From: an uncultured Rhodospirillales bacterium
Lineage (GTDB): Bacteria; Pseudomonadota; Alphaproteobacteria; Acetobacterales; Acetobacteraceae
DNA length: 33,521 bases
Reading direction: 5' to 3'
Assembly (NCBI GenBank): GCA_903904805.1
Contig: CAIVDX010000740.1
Span: forward strand, 1 to 33,521
The notes beneath the pieces are model-generated. The model saw only the letters and a list, made by a program, of their open reading frames with translations, was not told where the DNA came from and did not search any database. A program made the translations under genes and the position numbers. The stretch's first letter is position 1, and each line of letters opens with the position of its first letter. Shown here piece by piece: positions 22,586-31,730 of this stretch.

Positions 22586-24286
22586 ATGTCAGAGGTGGCC
22601 ATGAACGGCTGGATCAATCGGGTCTCACTCACCCTGCGGGTTGTCATCGCGACGGCGGTGCTTGGCACCACGGCGTTGCTTGGCACGCAATGGGTGATCG
22701 AGCATGAAGCGCAGTCGCGGGTGAATGATCTGGTCGGGCGGCGGATGTTGGCGGAAGCCACGTTGCTGCAGGAGCGTATCCAGAGCCTTGGCCCGCTGAC
22801 CCTGAATGGGGAGACCCTGCTCGCCGCCGATGGCAGCGCGGTGAACGACCGGACGGACATCATGGATCATTTTGCCGCGGCCACCGGCTCGCTGGTGTCG
22901 ATCATCGTGCAGGACCGTCGTCTGGTCTCCTCGATGAAGGACGAGCACGGCAATCGTATCGGCACCGGCGACCCGCAGGCCTCAGATCCTGACACCGCGG
23001 CGGCGCTGCGTGAGCATGATGTGGTGGTGGGGCACGGTTCCGTGCGCGGGGTTGCGCGTGTGGGCGGCTACGGCGTGATCCGCGACAAGGACAACAAGGT
23101 GATCGGTCGCGTGGTGGTGAGCACCGCGGTGACCGACATGGAGGCACGGGCAGCAGCGGCCTCGCGCAAGGCGCTGCTGATCGCCGGCGGAGCGGCGGCG
23201 ATTCTCGCGCTGCTGCTGGGCCTGGCGGTGCGCCTGTCGCTGCGGCCGGTGCGCGACATCAGTGCGGTGATCGTGGCTCTCGCCGGTGGGCGGCACGAGA
23301 TTGCCGTGCCGCATGGCGCGCGCAGCGACGAGATCGGGGTGATGGCGCGCGCGGTTGACGAGCTTCGCGGCGCACTCGCCCAGGCGACCACCATGGAGCG
23401 AGAGGCCGCCGAGGCCCGTCTGGCGGCCGAGCAGGCCCGTATCGAGGCCAGGCGGCAGCTTGCCGAGCGGGTGGAGCAGTCATTTGGCGGGATCGCCCTG
23501 GGCATTGGCGGCGCGGTGGACCGGCTAGGTGCGGTGGCGGAGGAGATCGATCAGGGCGCCACCATTGTTCGCGGCGAAGCCAGCGAGGCGGCGTCAGGCG
23601 CGCAGGCGGCATCGGTCAGCGTGCAAGGCGTGGCGGCCGGGGCGGAGGAGTTGGCCGCGAGTACTGCGGAGATCGCCCGCCAGGTGGCCGAGGCTGCGAA
23701 GGTGGCGCGCATGGCGGCAGACCAGGCGCGCGGCACCGACGCCACCGTGCGCAGCCTGTCTGACGCCGCCGAGCGCATCGGCGAGGTGATCGCGCTGATC
23801 ACCGGTGTGGCTGGCCAGACCAATCTCCTCGCGCTGAACGCCACCATTGAGGCGGCACGCGCGGGTGAGGCCGGGAGGGGCTTCGCGGTGGTTGCCAGTG
23901 AGGTGAAGGGGCTCGCTTCTCAGACCACTCGCGCTACAGAGGAGATCGGCGGCCAGATCGCGGGCATGCGCGATGCCACGCATCAGGCTGTGGATGCGAT
24001 CCGCGGGATCGCCGGCACCATCGAACGGCTGGACTCCATCGCCACCGCGATCGCCGCGGCAGTGGAGCAGCAGGCGGCCACGACACAGGAAATCGCGCGC
24101 AGCGCACAGACCGCTTCACAGGGCGCGGCCGGCGCCACGAGCGCGTCTGGCCAGGTGGCACATGCCGCGGAGGCGGGTAGCAGCCAAGCCAGCACGTTGA
24201 AGGCGGCTTCAGGCGAGTTGCGGCTTCAGGGGGAGAAATTGAACGAGGAGCTGAAGGTTTTTGTGGCGGGCCTCAGGGCGGCTTAG
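22586..24286 (+). CDS. Methyl-accepting chemotaxis protein
   Basis: 566 aa. It has an N-terminal TM helix, a periplasmic sensor region, a second TM, a HAMP-like segment, and the conserved signalling hairpin ([40 protein letters not shown]). An alternative start is at ATG 22601. Confidence 0.9.
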   Translation: MSEVAMNGWINRVSLTLRVVIATAVLGTTALLGTQWVIEHEAQSRVNDLVGRRMLAEATLLQERIQSLGPLTLNGETLLAADGSAVNDRTDIMDHFAAATGSLVSIIVQDRRLVSSMKDEHGNRIGTGDPQASDPDTAAALREHDVVVGHGSVRGVARVGGYGVIRDKDNKVIGRVVVSTAVTDMEARAAAASRKALLIAGGAAAILALLLGLAVRLSLRPVRDISAVIVALAGGRHEIAVPHGARSDEIGVMARAVDELRGALAQATTMEREAAEARLAAEQARIEARRQLAERVEQSFGGIALGIGGAVDRLGAVAEEIDQGATIVRGEASEAASGAQAASVSVQGVAAGAEELAASTAEIARQVAEAAKVARMAADQARGTDATVRSLSDAAERIGEVIALITGVAGQTNLLALNATIEAARAGEAGRGFAVVASEVKGLASQTTRATEEIGGQIAGMRDATHQAVDAIRGIAGTIERLDSIATAIAAAVEQQAATTQEIARSAQTASQGAAGATSASGQVAHAAEAGSSQASTLKAASGELRLQGEKLNEELKVFVAGLRAA

Positions 24287-24303
24287 GCCCGGGAGTTCAG
24301 CCT

Positions 24304-24335
24304 GTTCATTTTTGAAACCGAACCAAAAAACTTTT
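24304..24335 (+). repeat. AT-rich palindromic intergenic element, copy 5 (GTTCATTTTTGAAACCGAACCAAAAAACTTTT)
   Basis: Starts 17 nt after the MCP stop, in the same orientation. The left arm and tail are conserved; the right arm is partly degenerate. Confidence 0.7.
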
Positions 24336-24406
24336 GAACTTTGTGGGCGGCGATGCGGCGCGCGGGAGACCAGGTGCACCCTGGATCCGCGTTACCGCAC
24401 CCCAAG

Positions 24407-24438
24407 AGAAGTAATGTTTTGCTTCTTTATTCAAGAAC
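24407..24438 (-). repeat. Degenerate copy (5b) of the AT-rich element (minus strand: GTTCTTGAATAAAGAAGCAAAACATTACTTCT)
   Basis: Starts 12 nt after the stop of the CMD-family gene, in the same orientation as that gene. It needs indels to align with the consensus. Confidence 0.4.
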
Positions 24439-24450
24439 GACGGCCTACTG

Positions 24451-25098
24451 CTAGCACTTCCCATAAGCGGTGTTCGGATCCCCCGCCCCCGGCTCCAGTG
24501 GCGTATGCAGCGCCCGGGTGAACATCGCGGTGCCCGCGTAGTTGGCTGCGATCATCGTCAGCTCCACCAGTTCCTTGTTCGAAAAGAACTTCTTCATATC
24601 GGCAGCCGCCTTGTCAGACGGGCCCTTCGGATCGCTCACACCGTCAGCCCAGGCGAGCACCGCGCGCTGCTTGTCGTCGAACAGCTTGCTGGTCTTCCAA
24701 TTCGCGATCGCATCGAGCTGGGCCGTGGTGATGCCGCAGCTCATTGCCATCGGGCGGTGCTGCATCTCCTCGTAATGACCGCCATTGCGCTGCACGCTGC
24801 GGATGATCGTGAGCTCACGATAAACCCGCTGCACCTCAGCGCTGTAGCGGATCGCATAGGCCATCGCGGAGGAAGCACCCATGAACACCGGCGCATTGGC
24901 CATGGTGCGGTGCAGGTTCAACGGCTCGCCGCCGCGCTTGCGTACCTGGGCGTAGAACTCCTTCACCACCGGGTCGGTGGTGTCGTCGCCGATCAGCGGA
25001 ACGCGCGAGGTCTGGCTCGCGGTCTGGGCCGAGCTGCTGCTGGACATACCGAGCAGCATCATTGGGGCAAGCATGGCGAGCAGGGCTGTTTTCAGCAT
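24451..25098 (-). CDS. Carboxymuconolactone decarboxylase (AhpD-like) family protein with N-terminal signal peptide
   Basis: 215 aa from ATG 25098 (GGGAGGA Shine-Dalgarno). Signal peptide MLKTALLAMLAPMMLLGMSSSSSAQT. CMD-like core ELTIIRSVQRNGGHYEEMQHRPMAMSCGITTAQLDAI. Confidence 0.6.
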   Translation of the reverse strand: MLKTALLAMLAPMMLLGMSSSSSAQTASQTSRVPLIGDDTTDPVVKEFYAQVRKRGGEPLNLHRTMANAPVFMGASSAMAYAIRYSAEVQRVYRELTIIRSVQRNGGHYEEMQHRPMAMSCGITTAQLDAIANWKTSKLFDDKQRAVLAWADGVSDPKGPSDKAAADMKKFFSNKELVELTMIAANYAGTAMFTRALHTPLEPGAGDPNTAYGKC

Positions 25099-25159
25099 CG
25101 TGTCCTCCCGTTTTTTGTGGTCCGAGGCAAGCAGATGGCGCCCGCTCTGGCAAGGCGGC

Positions 25160-26521
25160 TCAACGCGCGATGTCCTCCAGGCTGCGACGGGCGGTTTCCA
25201 GCGCGAAGAGATGCGCGACCAGCGCGCCGACGATGGCCAACGCCCCGAAATAGCCGAACGCCAGGCCGAGATTGTCGCCGTCCACCAATCGCCCCACCAC
25301 CACCGGCCCGATCGCCGCAGCAACGCGCTGCCAGGCGCCGCCCACCGAACTGGCGACGGCGCGGATCCTGGTGGGGTAGAGCTCGGGGGTATAGAGATTG
25401 AGCCCGATGGCGACGGAGGAGATGAAGAATCCGCCGATCGACACAACGGCGAGCAGTTGCCGCGCACTGTGCACGCCCATCGGCCATACCGAGATCAGGA
25501 TCAGCCCGCCGGCGAGCAATCCCATGCGGAACCAGCCGCGCCGGCCGATCTTGTCGATCAACATCGCCGCGGCGAAGGAGCCGCAGACACCGACGAGCTG
25601 GGTGATCAGCCCGTAGCTCAGCGCCTGCTGCAGCGGCAGGTGGAACACGGTGCGATAGAGGGTCGGCATCCAGCTTTGCAGCCCGTAGCTGGTGGAGAAG
25701 CAGCAGAACCACAGTGCCCACACCGCGAAGGTGCGCCGCCGCAGCCGGGGGCCAAACATCTCGCGCCAGTCGCCGCGCGCAGGAGCGGCCGCGACCAGGT
25801 CGGGCCGCGGGGGCGGCAGCATCGTGCCGGCGGCCCGCGCGGAGGCCTCGAGCAGGCTCGTCGCCGCATCCGCCTCGGCCAGCCGGCCCTGCGACGCGAG
25901 CCAGCGCGGGCTTTCCGGCAGCAGGCGACGCAGTACGAACGTGAGCAGCGCCGGCACCGCGCCGACGAAGAACATCGATTGCCAGCCCAGCCGGGGCACC
26001 ATGATCGCGCCCAGCAGCGCCGCGCCGATCAGACCGAAGACGAACACCAGTTCGTAAAGGATATAGAACCGGCCACGCCCCTTGGCGGGGGCGAACTCGG
26101 TGACATAGGTGGTGGCCACCGGCACCTCGCCGCCGAGGCCAATGCCCTGGATGAAGCGGCAGATGACCAGGCCCGTCGGGCCGGTGGTGAAGGCACAGGC
26201 CAAACTCATCACCGAAAACAGTGCGATCGTGGCGTTGGCCACGCGCAAGCGGCCGAAGCGTTCGGCGGCCCAGCCGCAGACCAGTGCGCCAAGCAACTGG
26301 CCCAGGAAGGCGGCGGACAGAACAAGGCCCGTCTGCGCGCCTGTCATGTGCCAGGCCTCGGCCAGAACCGGCAGCGCGAAGCTGATCGCCAGCAGGTCGA
26401 AGCCGTCGAAAAACGTGCCGATGCCAAGGATCATTCTGGCGCGGACATGCCATGCTCCGGCTGGAATACGGTCCAGTCTGGCAACGATGTCGGCTGGCGA
26501 TCCGGACTGCTCATTCGGCAT
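25160..26521 (-). CDS. MFS transporter (sugar-porter/aromatic-acid-type)
   Basis: 453 aa from ATG 26521 (GGGGAGA Shine-Dalgarno). MFS motif A-like GWAAERFGRLR and the PESPRWL signature, with about 12 TM. Confidence 0.8.
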   Translation of the reverse strand: MPNEQSGSPADIVARLDRIPAGAWHVRARMILGIGTFFDGFDLLAISFALPVLAEAWHMTGAQTGLVLSAAFLGQLLGALVCGWAAERFGRLRVANATIALFSVMSLACAFTTGPTGLVICRFIQGIGLGGEVPVATTYVTEFAPAKGRGRFYILYELVFVFGLIGAALLGAIMVPRLGWQSMFFVGAVPALLTFVLRRLLPESPRWLASQGRLAEADAATSLLEASARAAGTMLPPPRPDLVAAAPARGDWREMFGPRLRRRTFAVWALWFCCFSTSYGLQSWMPTLYRTVFHLPLQQALSYGLITQLVGVCGSFAAAMLIDKIGRRGWFRMGLLAGGLILISVWPMGVHSARQLLAVVSIGGFFISSVAIGLNLYTPELYPTRIRAVASSVGGAWQRVAAAIGPVVVGRLVDGDNLGLAFGYFGALAIVGALVAHLFALETARRSLEDIAR

Positions 26522-26616
26522 CTTGCAATTCTCCCCTTTCGCCGAGCGTATTACTTGTCGTAAGGATTCGCTCGTTGCGCGTATTTTGATCATGCCCGGT
26601 TGCGGAGCGATGTGCC

Positions 26617-26853
26617 ATGTCGGCGGATGCAGACGAAACGACGATTGCCGGCCGGCTGCGCGTGCTGCGCCAGCAACAGGGCGAGGCGATCGGCCATCCC
26701 ACAATGTCGGAGACTGAGTTCGCCAAACTGTTGGGTGTCGAGGCAGCCGGTTACAGGGCGGCCGAGAACGGCACCAGCGAACCGAGCATGGCGCTGTTGA
26801 CGGCGCTGCATCACACCACGGGCATCAGCCTCGACTGGCTGGTGATGGGGTGA
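26617..26853 (+). CDS. XRE-family helix-turn-helix transcriptional regulator
   Basis: 78 aa with an HTH_3-like core (IAGRLRVLRQQQG...SETEFAKLLGVEAAGYRAAENGTSEPSMALLTALHHTTGISLDWLV). It is divergent from the MFS/CMD operon. Confidence 0.7.
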   Translation: MSADADETTIAGRLRVLRQQQGEAIGHPTMSETEFAKLLGVEAAGYRAAENGTSEPSMALLTALHHTTGISLDWLVMG

Positions 26854-26882
26854 TCCGCCCGGGCGACGGCCCGAGCCGGATC
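26852..26882. terminator. Imperfect GC-rich hairpin between the convergent XRE and manC-type genes (possible bidirectional terminator)
   Basis: GATCCG pairs with CGGATC as the outer stem. The inner stem is CGGGC-GACG-GCCCG. There is no clear U-tract on either side. Confidence 0.3.
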
Positions 26883-26893
26883 ACAAGGCCGAC

Positions 26894-28357
26894 TTAGCTG
26901 CGGCCGTAGGTGTCCTCGATGCGGACGATGTCGTCCTCACCGAGATAGGACCCGGACTGCACCTCGATCAGCGTAAGCGGGATGCGGCCGGGATTGTCGA
27001 GCCGATGCACACACCCGAGCGGCAGGTAGATGCTTTCATTTTCCTGCACCAGCACGACCTCGTCGTCGCGGGTGACGAGCGCGCTGCCGGCCACGACCAC
27101 CCAATGCTCGGCGCGGTGGAAATGCTTCTGCAGGGACAGCTTCTGCCCGGGCGTGACGACGATGCGCTTGACCTGGAAGCGGTCGCCCTGGATCAGCGAC
27201 TCATAGAAGCCCCAGGGGCGATAGACCCGGTTATGGGTGGTCGCCTCCGGCCGCTTGGCCTTTTTCAGGCGGTTGACCACTGCCTTGACGTCCTGAGAGC
27301 GCTTGCGGTCCATCACCAGCACCGCATCCTCGGTCACCACCACCACCGTGTCCTGCACGCCGAGCACGGTCGTCAGCATGCCGTCCGAACGAACATAGCT
27401 GTTGGACACATCCTCCAGCAGCACATCACCGCTGGCGACGTTGCCGGCGGCGTCCTTGGTCTCAATGTCCCACAGCGCTTGCCAGCTGCCGACGTCGGAC
27501 CAGCCGAGATCGGCCTGCACCACCGCCGCACGATCGGTGCGCTCGGCGATTGCATAATCGATGCTGATATCCGGGCTGGCGGCGAAGGCGGTGGGGTCGA
27601 GACGGACGAAATCGAGGTCGGTCAGGCTCGCGCCGATCGCCGCATTGGCGGCGGCGAGCACAGCGGGCTCGAAGCGCGCCATCTCCTCCAGCAGCGTGCG
27701 CGCTGTGAACACGAACATGCCGGAATTCCATAGATGCTTGCCGCCAGCCACCATCGCCTCGGCGGTGGCCAGGTCCGGCTTCTCGACAAAGCGGCCCAGC
27801 AGATGCGCCGCCGGCACCTCCGGCAGAGGGCCGCCAATCTCGATATAGCCGAAGCCGGTCTCCGGCGCGGTGGGGGTGATGCCGAACGTGACAAACCGGC
27901 CGGCACGCGCGGCAGCGGCGGCGACGTCGAGCGCGGCATGAAGATTGTCGAGCTTTTCGATCGAGGCGTCGGCGGCCATGATCCACATCACCGCATCCGG
28001 ATCGGTCTCGGCGACCAGCAGGGCGGCCACGGCGATCGCCGGAGCGGAGTTGCGGCCCACCGGCTCCAGCATGATGCGGGCGCCGACCAGGCCGGCGCCG
28101 CGCAGCTGCTCGGCGACCATGAAGCGATGTTCCTGGTTGCAGACGATCAACGGGGCGGCGAAGCGCTCACCCACGGCGCGCAGAGCGGTGTCCTGGATGA
28201 GGGTGTTCTCGCTGATCAGCGACCAGAATTGCTTCGGGTAGCTTTCCCGCGACACCGGCCACAGCCGCGTGCCGGTGCCACCGGAGAGGATCACCGGCAC
28301 GATCTTGCCGGCACCAGAAGCAACGGACGGGGCGGTCTGGGTCGCGAGATCGGTCAT
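26894..28357 (-). CDS. manC: Bifunctional mannose-1-phosphate guanylyltransferase / mannose-6-phosphate isomerase (type II PMI-GMP)
   Basis: 487 aa. N-terminal SGGTGTRLWPVSRESYPKQF nucleotidyltransferase motif and a C-terminal cupin (QKHFHRAEHWVVVAGSALV). GGAGAG Shine-Dalgarno upstream. Confidence 0.85.
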   Translation of the reverse strand: MTDLATQTAPSVASGAGKIVPVILSGGTGTRLWPVSRESYPKQFWSLISENTLIQDTALRAVGERFAAPLIVCNQEHRFMVAEQLRGAGLVGARIMLEPVGRNSAPAIAVAALLVAETDPDAVMWIMAADASIEKLDNLHAALDVAAAAARAGRFVTFGITPTAPETGFGYIEIGGPLPEVPAAHLLGRFVEKPDLATAEAMVAGGKHLWNSGMFVFTARTLLEEMARFEPAVLAAANAAIGASLTDLDFVRLDPTAFAASPDISIDYAIAERTDRAAVVQADLGWSDVGSWQALWDIETKDAAGNVASGDVLLEDVSNSYVRSDGMLTTVLGVQDTVVVVTEDAVLVMDRKRSQDVKAVVNRLKKAKRPEATTHNRVYRPWGFYESLIQGDRFQVKRIVVTPGQKLSLQKHFHRAEHWVVVAGSALVTRDDEVVLVQENESIYLPLGCVHRLDNPGRIPLTLIEVQSGSYLGEDDIVRIEDTYGRS

Positions 28358-28493
28358 CGTGCTCTCCTGGCGTGTCTATGCCGTCAATAAGCATCCCACA
28401 TCACCAAGTCCATAACAGTCGCATGTCAGACACACTGGCGTGTCCACCGAAGGTCGTTTGCCAGCAACGCCGTGCCGGGGGCAGTGTTCGCGG

Positions 28494-29687
28494 ATGGACC
28501 CTGCACGCCCTCAAACAGGCAACACGCTGGTGGAACGGCTGGCCAGCCTCGCCGCCGCCGTCGCCCCTGCCGCCATCGCCCTGCGGCGCGACCTGCACAC
28601 CCATCCCGAGCTGGCGTTCAACGAGCACCGCACCTCCGCTGCGATCGCCCGCGAGCTGACGGCGCTGGGGCTGCGCGCGCGCACCGGCGTTGGGCATACC
28701 GGGGTGATCGCCGACATCTTCGGCGGCCGGCCGGGCCCGACGCTGGCCCTGCGCGCCGATATGGACGCGCTGCCGATCGCCGAACGCACAGGGCTGGCCT
28801 ATGCCTCGTCCTATCCGGGCCTGATGCATGCCTGCGGGCATGACCTGCACAGCGCAACGCTGTTCGCCGCCGCCTCCATGCTGCGGGAATTGGCGCCGAG
28901 CCTGGCCGGGCGGGTGCGGCTGATCTTTCAACCCGCCGAGGAAACGCTGCAGGGTGCCGCGGCGATGATCGCCGACGGCGTCCTGGAGGGGGTGGATTGC
29001 GCGCTCGGCTTCCACAACCAGCCGGACATGGCGGTGGGGCAGTTCTCCTGGGTTCCGGGGGCGACATTGGCCAGCGCCGATACGATCGAGATCCTCGTGC
29101 ATGGCAAGTCTGGCCACGCCGCCTATCCGCATGGCGCGATCGACCCGATCGTCGCCGCCGCCACGCTGATTCTGCAGCTGCAAACCATCGTTGCGCGCGA
29201 GATCGGGCCAACCCAGGCGGCGGTGGTGACCATCGGCCAGATCGAGGGCGGGCGCGCCTCCAACATCATCCCCGACGAGGTGCGGCTGCTCGGCACCGTG
29301 CGCGCGCTCTCGCCGGCGGTGCGCGACCAGCTGGAGGCGGCGATCACCCGGCTGTGCGCGGGGATGGAGGCGAGCCTGCGCACGCCCACCTGCCTGACCT
29401 ACACGCGTTGCTGCCCGCCTCTGGTGAACGAGCCCAACATCACGGCGCGTGTCGTCGCTGCCGTGTCGGCGCAGTTCGACGGGGCGGTGCATCAGGGCCA
29501 TGCGGGGATGGGGGCAGAGGATTTCGCGTTCTTCGCCGAGCGCGTGCCGGCCTGCCAGTTTCGGATCGGCTCAGGCGCGGCTGGGCGAGCCGACCGGCTG
29601 CATAATTCCGATTACCAGCCTGACGAGGCGGCGATCGCTCTCGGCGCACGCGCGCTGGTTGGCGCGGCGCTGGAGATTTTGTCGTGA
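28494..29687 (+). CDS. M20D-family amidohydrolase (hippurate hydrolase / N-acyl-amino-acid amidohydrolase-like)
   Basis: Contains LRRDLHTHPELAFNEHRTS, MHACGHDLH and RLIFQPAEE motifs. The start is uncertain (ATG 28494 or GTG 28440). Confidence 0.8.
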   Translation: MDPARPQTGNTLVERLASLAAAVAPAAIALRRDLHTHPELAFNEHRTSAAIARELTALGLRARTGVGHTGVIADIFGGRPGPTLALRADMDALPIAERTGLAYASSYPGLMHACGHDLHSATLFAAASMLRELAPSLAGRVRLIFQPAEETLQGAAAMIADGVLEGVDCALGFHNQPDMAVGQFSWVPGATLASADTIEILVHGKSGHAAYPHGAIDPIVAAATLILQLQTIVAREIGPTQAAVVTIGQIEGGRASNIIPDEVRLLGTVRALSPAVRDQLEAAITRLCAGMEASLRTPTCLTYTRCCPPLVNEPNITARVVAAVSAQFDGAVHQGHAGMGAEDFAFFAERVPACQFRIGSGAAGRADRLHNSDYQPDEAAIALGARALVGAALEILS

Positions 29688-30436
29688 CCAGCCATCGGCT
29701 GGCCGAACTGACCGGCCCGGCGGCGCGCGCGGCGCTCGTCGGCCGGCCAGTGATCCTGTTGCCGCTGGGCAGCCACGAGGATCATGGCCCCGGCGCGCCG
29801 ATGGGCGATTATGTGCTGGCCGAGGCGATCGCCGACCGCATCGCCGCGCGGGCCGGCGCCGAGGGCACGCCCTGCCTGGTCGCCCCTGCCCTGCCATTCG
29901 GCGGCGCCGACTGGTTCGGTTCCGTGCCTGGCGGTATCGCGCTGTCCCCGGCGACCATCCGGGCGGTCATCGTCGACATGATCGGCTGCCTGCTGCGCCA
30001 TGGGCAGGACAGGCTGATGATCGTCAACGGCCACGGTGGTAATGCCGCGCCGGTGGCCGAGGCGACGCTGGCGGTGCGCCGCGAGCATGGCGTGGTGATC
30101 CCCAGCCTCTATCTGTGGAAGATCGCCACCGGCTGGCTGGAGCCCGGCCAAGCCGGCCACGGCGGCGACCCGGTGGTGTCGATCGCACGCCACCTTTTCC
30201 CTGAGCTCTGCCCGGAGGCGACGGCGCCACCCCGAGCCGCGGCGGACATATTGGGGATGCGCGTGACCGGTTTCGGGACCGCGGAGCTGGATGGCGCACC
30301 GATCGACGTGCCGGTGGAATTGGATCAGATCGGTCTGACCGGCGACCCGGCGACAGCAAGCGCGGCGCGTGGTGCCATACTGACCGAGCGGCTGGTCGCG
30401 CTCGGCGCCAGCCTAGCCGCGCGCATCGCCCGTTAG
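29684..30436 (+). CDS. Creatininase-family amidohydrolase
   Basis: 250 aa. Contains LPLGSHEDHGP and IVNGHGGN motifs. It has a GTG start with a GTGA overlap onto the M20 gene stop. Confidence 0.75.
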   Translation: MTSHRLAELTGPAARAALVGRPVILLPLGSHEDHGPGAPMGDYVLAEAIADRIAARAGAEGTPCLVAPALPFGGADWFGSVPGGIALSPATIRAVIVDMIGCLLRHGQDRLMIVNGHGGNAAPVAEATLAVRREHGVVIPSLYLWKIATGWLEPGQAGHGGDPVVSIARHLFPELCPEATAPPRAAADILGMRVTGFGTAELDGAPIDVPVELDQIGLTGDPATASAARGAILTERLVALGASLAARIAR

Positions 30437-31674
30437 CGGATCATCTGCTGTACCCAGGGCAGCACGACCTCGTTGAAGATGCGCTCCTCGCTCCAGCCGC
30501 CGCCGCGACCGGTGTGATAGCCATCCGGATTCACCCAGCCCCAGGTCGGGCTGCCATGGCGCAGCAGCAGATCCAGATCCTCGATCGGTACCTGGGTGTC
30601 ACGCACGCCGTTCAGCACGAGGACCGGGGCTGAGGGCTGGTCGATCATGCCGTTGGTGAGCAGCGACATTTTCGGGCCATAGGCGAGGAACTCATCGAGC
30701 GTGTTGACCCGATACAACGCGGCGCGGGCGGCGAAGAGGTCGAACAGATATTCCTTGGTCTTCAGCGCCTTCAGCTGCCACTCGCGGGTGAAGTAGAAAT
30801 GCACCGGACCGCCCTGCACCACCGCGCCGCGCAGCCGGGCGCGTTCGTTGGTGCCCACCACGCTGGACCAGTAGCCGGCCCAGCTGGTTCCTTCGATGAT
30901 CACCCGTCCCGCGTCGATCTCGGGCCGGGTCGCGACCCAGTCCAACACCTTGGCGAACACGCGCTCGGATTCGGGCGAGGCCGCCGCCGGGTTCTCGCCA
31001 GTGCCGGGCATGTCCATCGCCAGGATGCCGATGCCGTGGTCGAGATATTTCGCATAGAAATCCGCGGCATCTTCCTTGCGGCTGTCCAGGGCGCTGACCA
31101 CGATGACCAGCGGCGCGGGCTTCACGCCCAGCGGCAGGCGCAGATAGGCAACAACCTGTTGCCCATCGAACGGGATGCGCACCACCTCAAGACGCGGACT
31201 CAGGCTGGCGGCATAGGCGCGATAGGCCTCCAGCGCGCGGGTCTGCGAAACGAGCTTGGCCGGTGAATTCGGGGTCGGCCAGCGACCGAAATCATACAGC
31301 CGCCAGGCGCGGTGCCACAACGCGGGCGCCTCCGCCGGCGTCGCCGCGCGCGCTGCGGCCGCATATTGATCGGCCACCGCGCTGAACGCCCGTCCCCATT
31401 GGTCACGGTCAAGGCTGTCGATGCGCGCCAGCGCCTTGGCCACATCGGCGGAATCGAGGCCGATCAATGGATATAGCTGGTTGTCAGCCCGGCGTTGGGT
31501 CTCGGCCTTCAGCTCTGGCCAGGTGCGCGAAGGCGCAATCTGGGAGTGTGCCTGCGACTCCGGCTGGGTTTGTGCCTGGACCGAGCCGGTGTACAGCAGA
31601 GCAATTCCCAATAGAGCCGACAAAAAAACACGCGAGGAACAAAGCATTGGCACGACCTGTTTGACGATCGGCAA
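30433..31674 (-). CDS. Secreted alpha/beta hydrolase (FrsA/DUF1100-like esterase family)
   Basis: 413 aa. Signal-peptide-like N-terminus (LCSSRVFLSALLGIALLYTGSVQAQ), nucleophile elbow GTSWAGY, and LAMDMPGTGE. Its stop overlaps the stop of the convergent creatininase-family gene. Confidence 0.65.
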   Translation of the reverse strand: MPIVKQVVPMLCSSRVFLSALLGIALLYTGSVQAQTQPESQAHSQIAPSRTWPELKAETQRRADNQLYPLIGLDSADVAKALARIDSLDRDQWGRAFSAVADQYAAAARAATPAEAPALWHRAWRLYDFGRWPTPNSPAKLVSQTRALEAYRAYAASLSPRLEVVRIPFDGQQVVAYLRLPLGVKPAPLVIVVSALDSRKEDAADFYAKYLDHGIGILAMDMPGTGENPAAASPESERVFAKVLDWVATRPEIDAGRVIIEGTSWAGYWSSVVGTNERARLRGAVVQGGPVHFYFTREWQLKALKTKEYLFDLFAARAALYRVNTLDEFLAYGPKMSLLTNGMIDQPSAPVLVLNGVRDTQVPIEDLDLLLRHGSPTWGWVNPDGYHTGRGGGWSEERIFNEVVLPWVQQMIR

Positions 31675-31730
31675 ATATTTACACAGCCCAAAGGTCCGTC
31701 AACCTACCCCGGCGTGTGCGTGTGTGGTCG

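Noticed and set aside
26617..26853. The XRE-family small protein as the antitoxin of a toxin-antitoxin pair.
   Set aside because: No adjacent small partner ORF exists. The next genes are a convergent manC-type gene and a divergent MFS transporter, so a local transcriptional regulator is the simpler reading.
29684..30436. The creatininase-family gene as an MftE-like RiPP (mycofactocin) peptidase.
   Set aside because: No precursor peptide, radical-SAM maturase or other mft-type genes are nearby. Its coupled partner is an M20 amidohydrolase.
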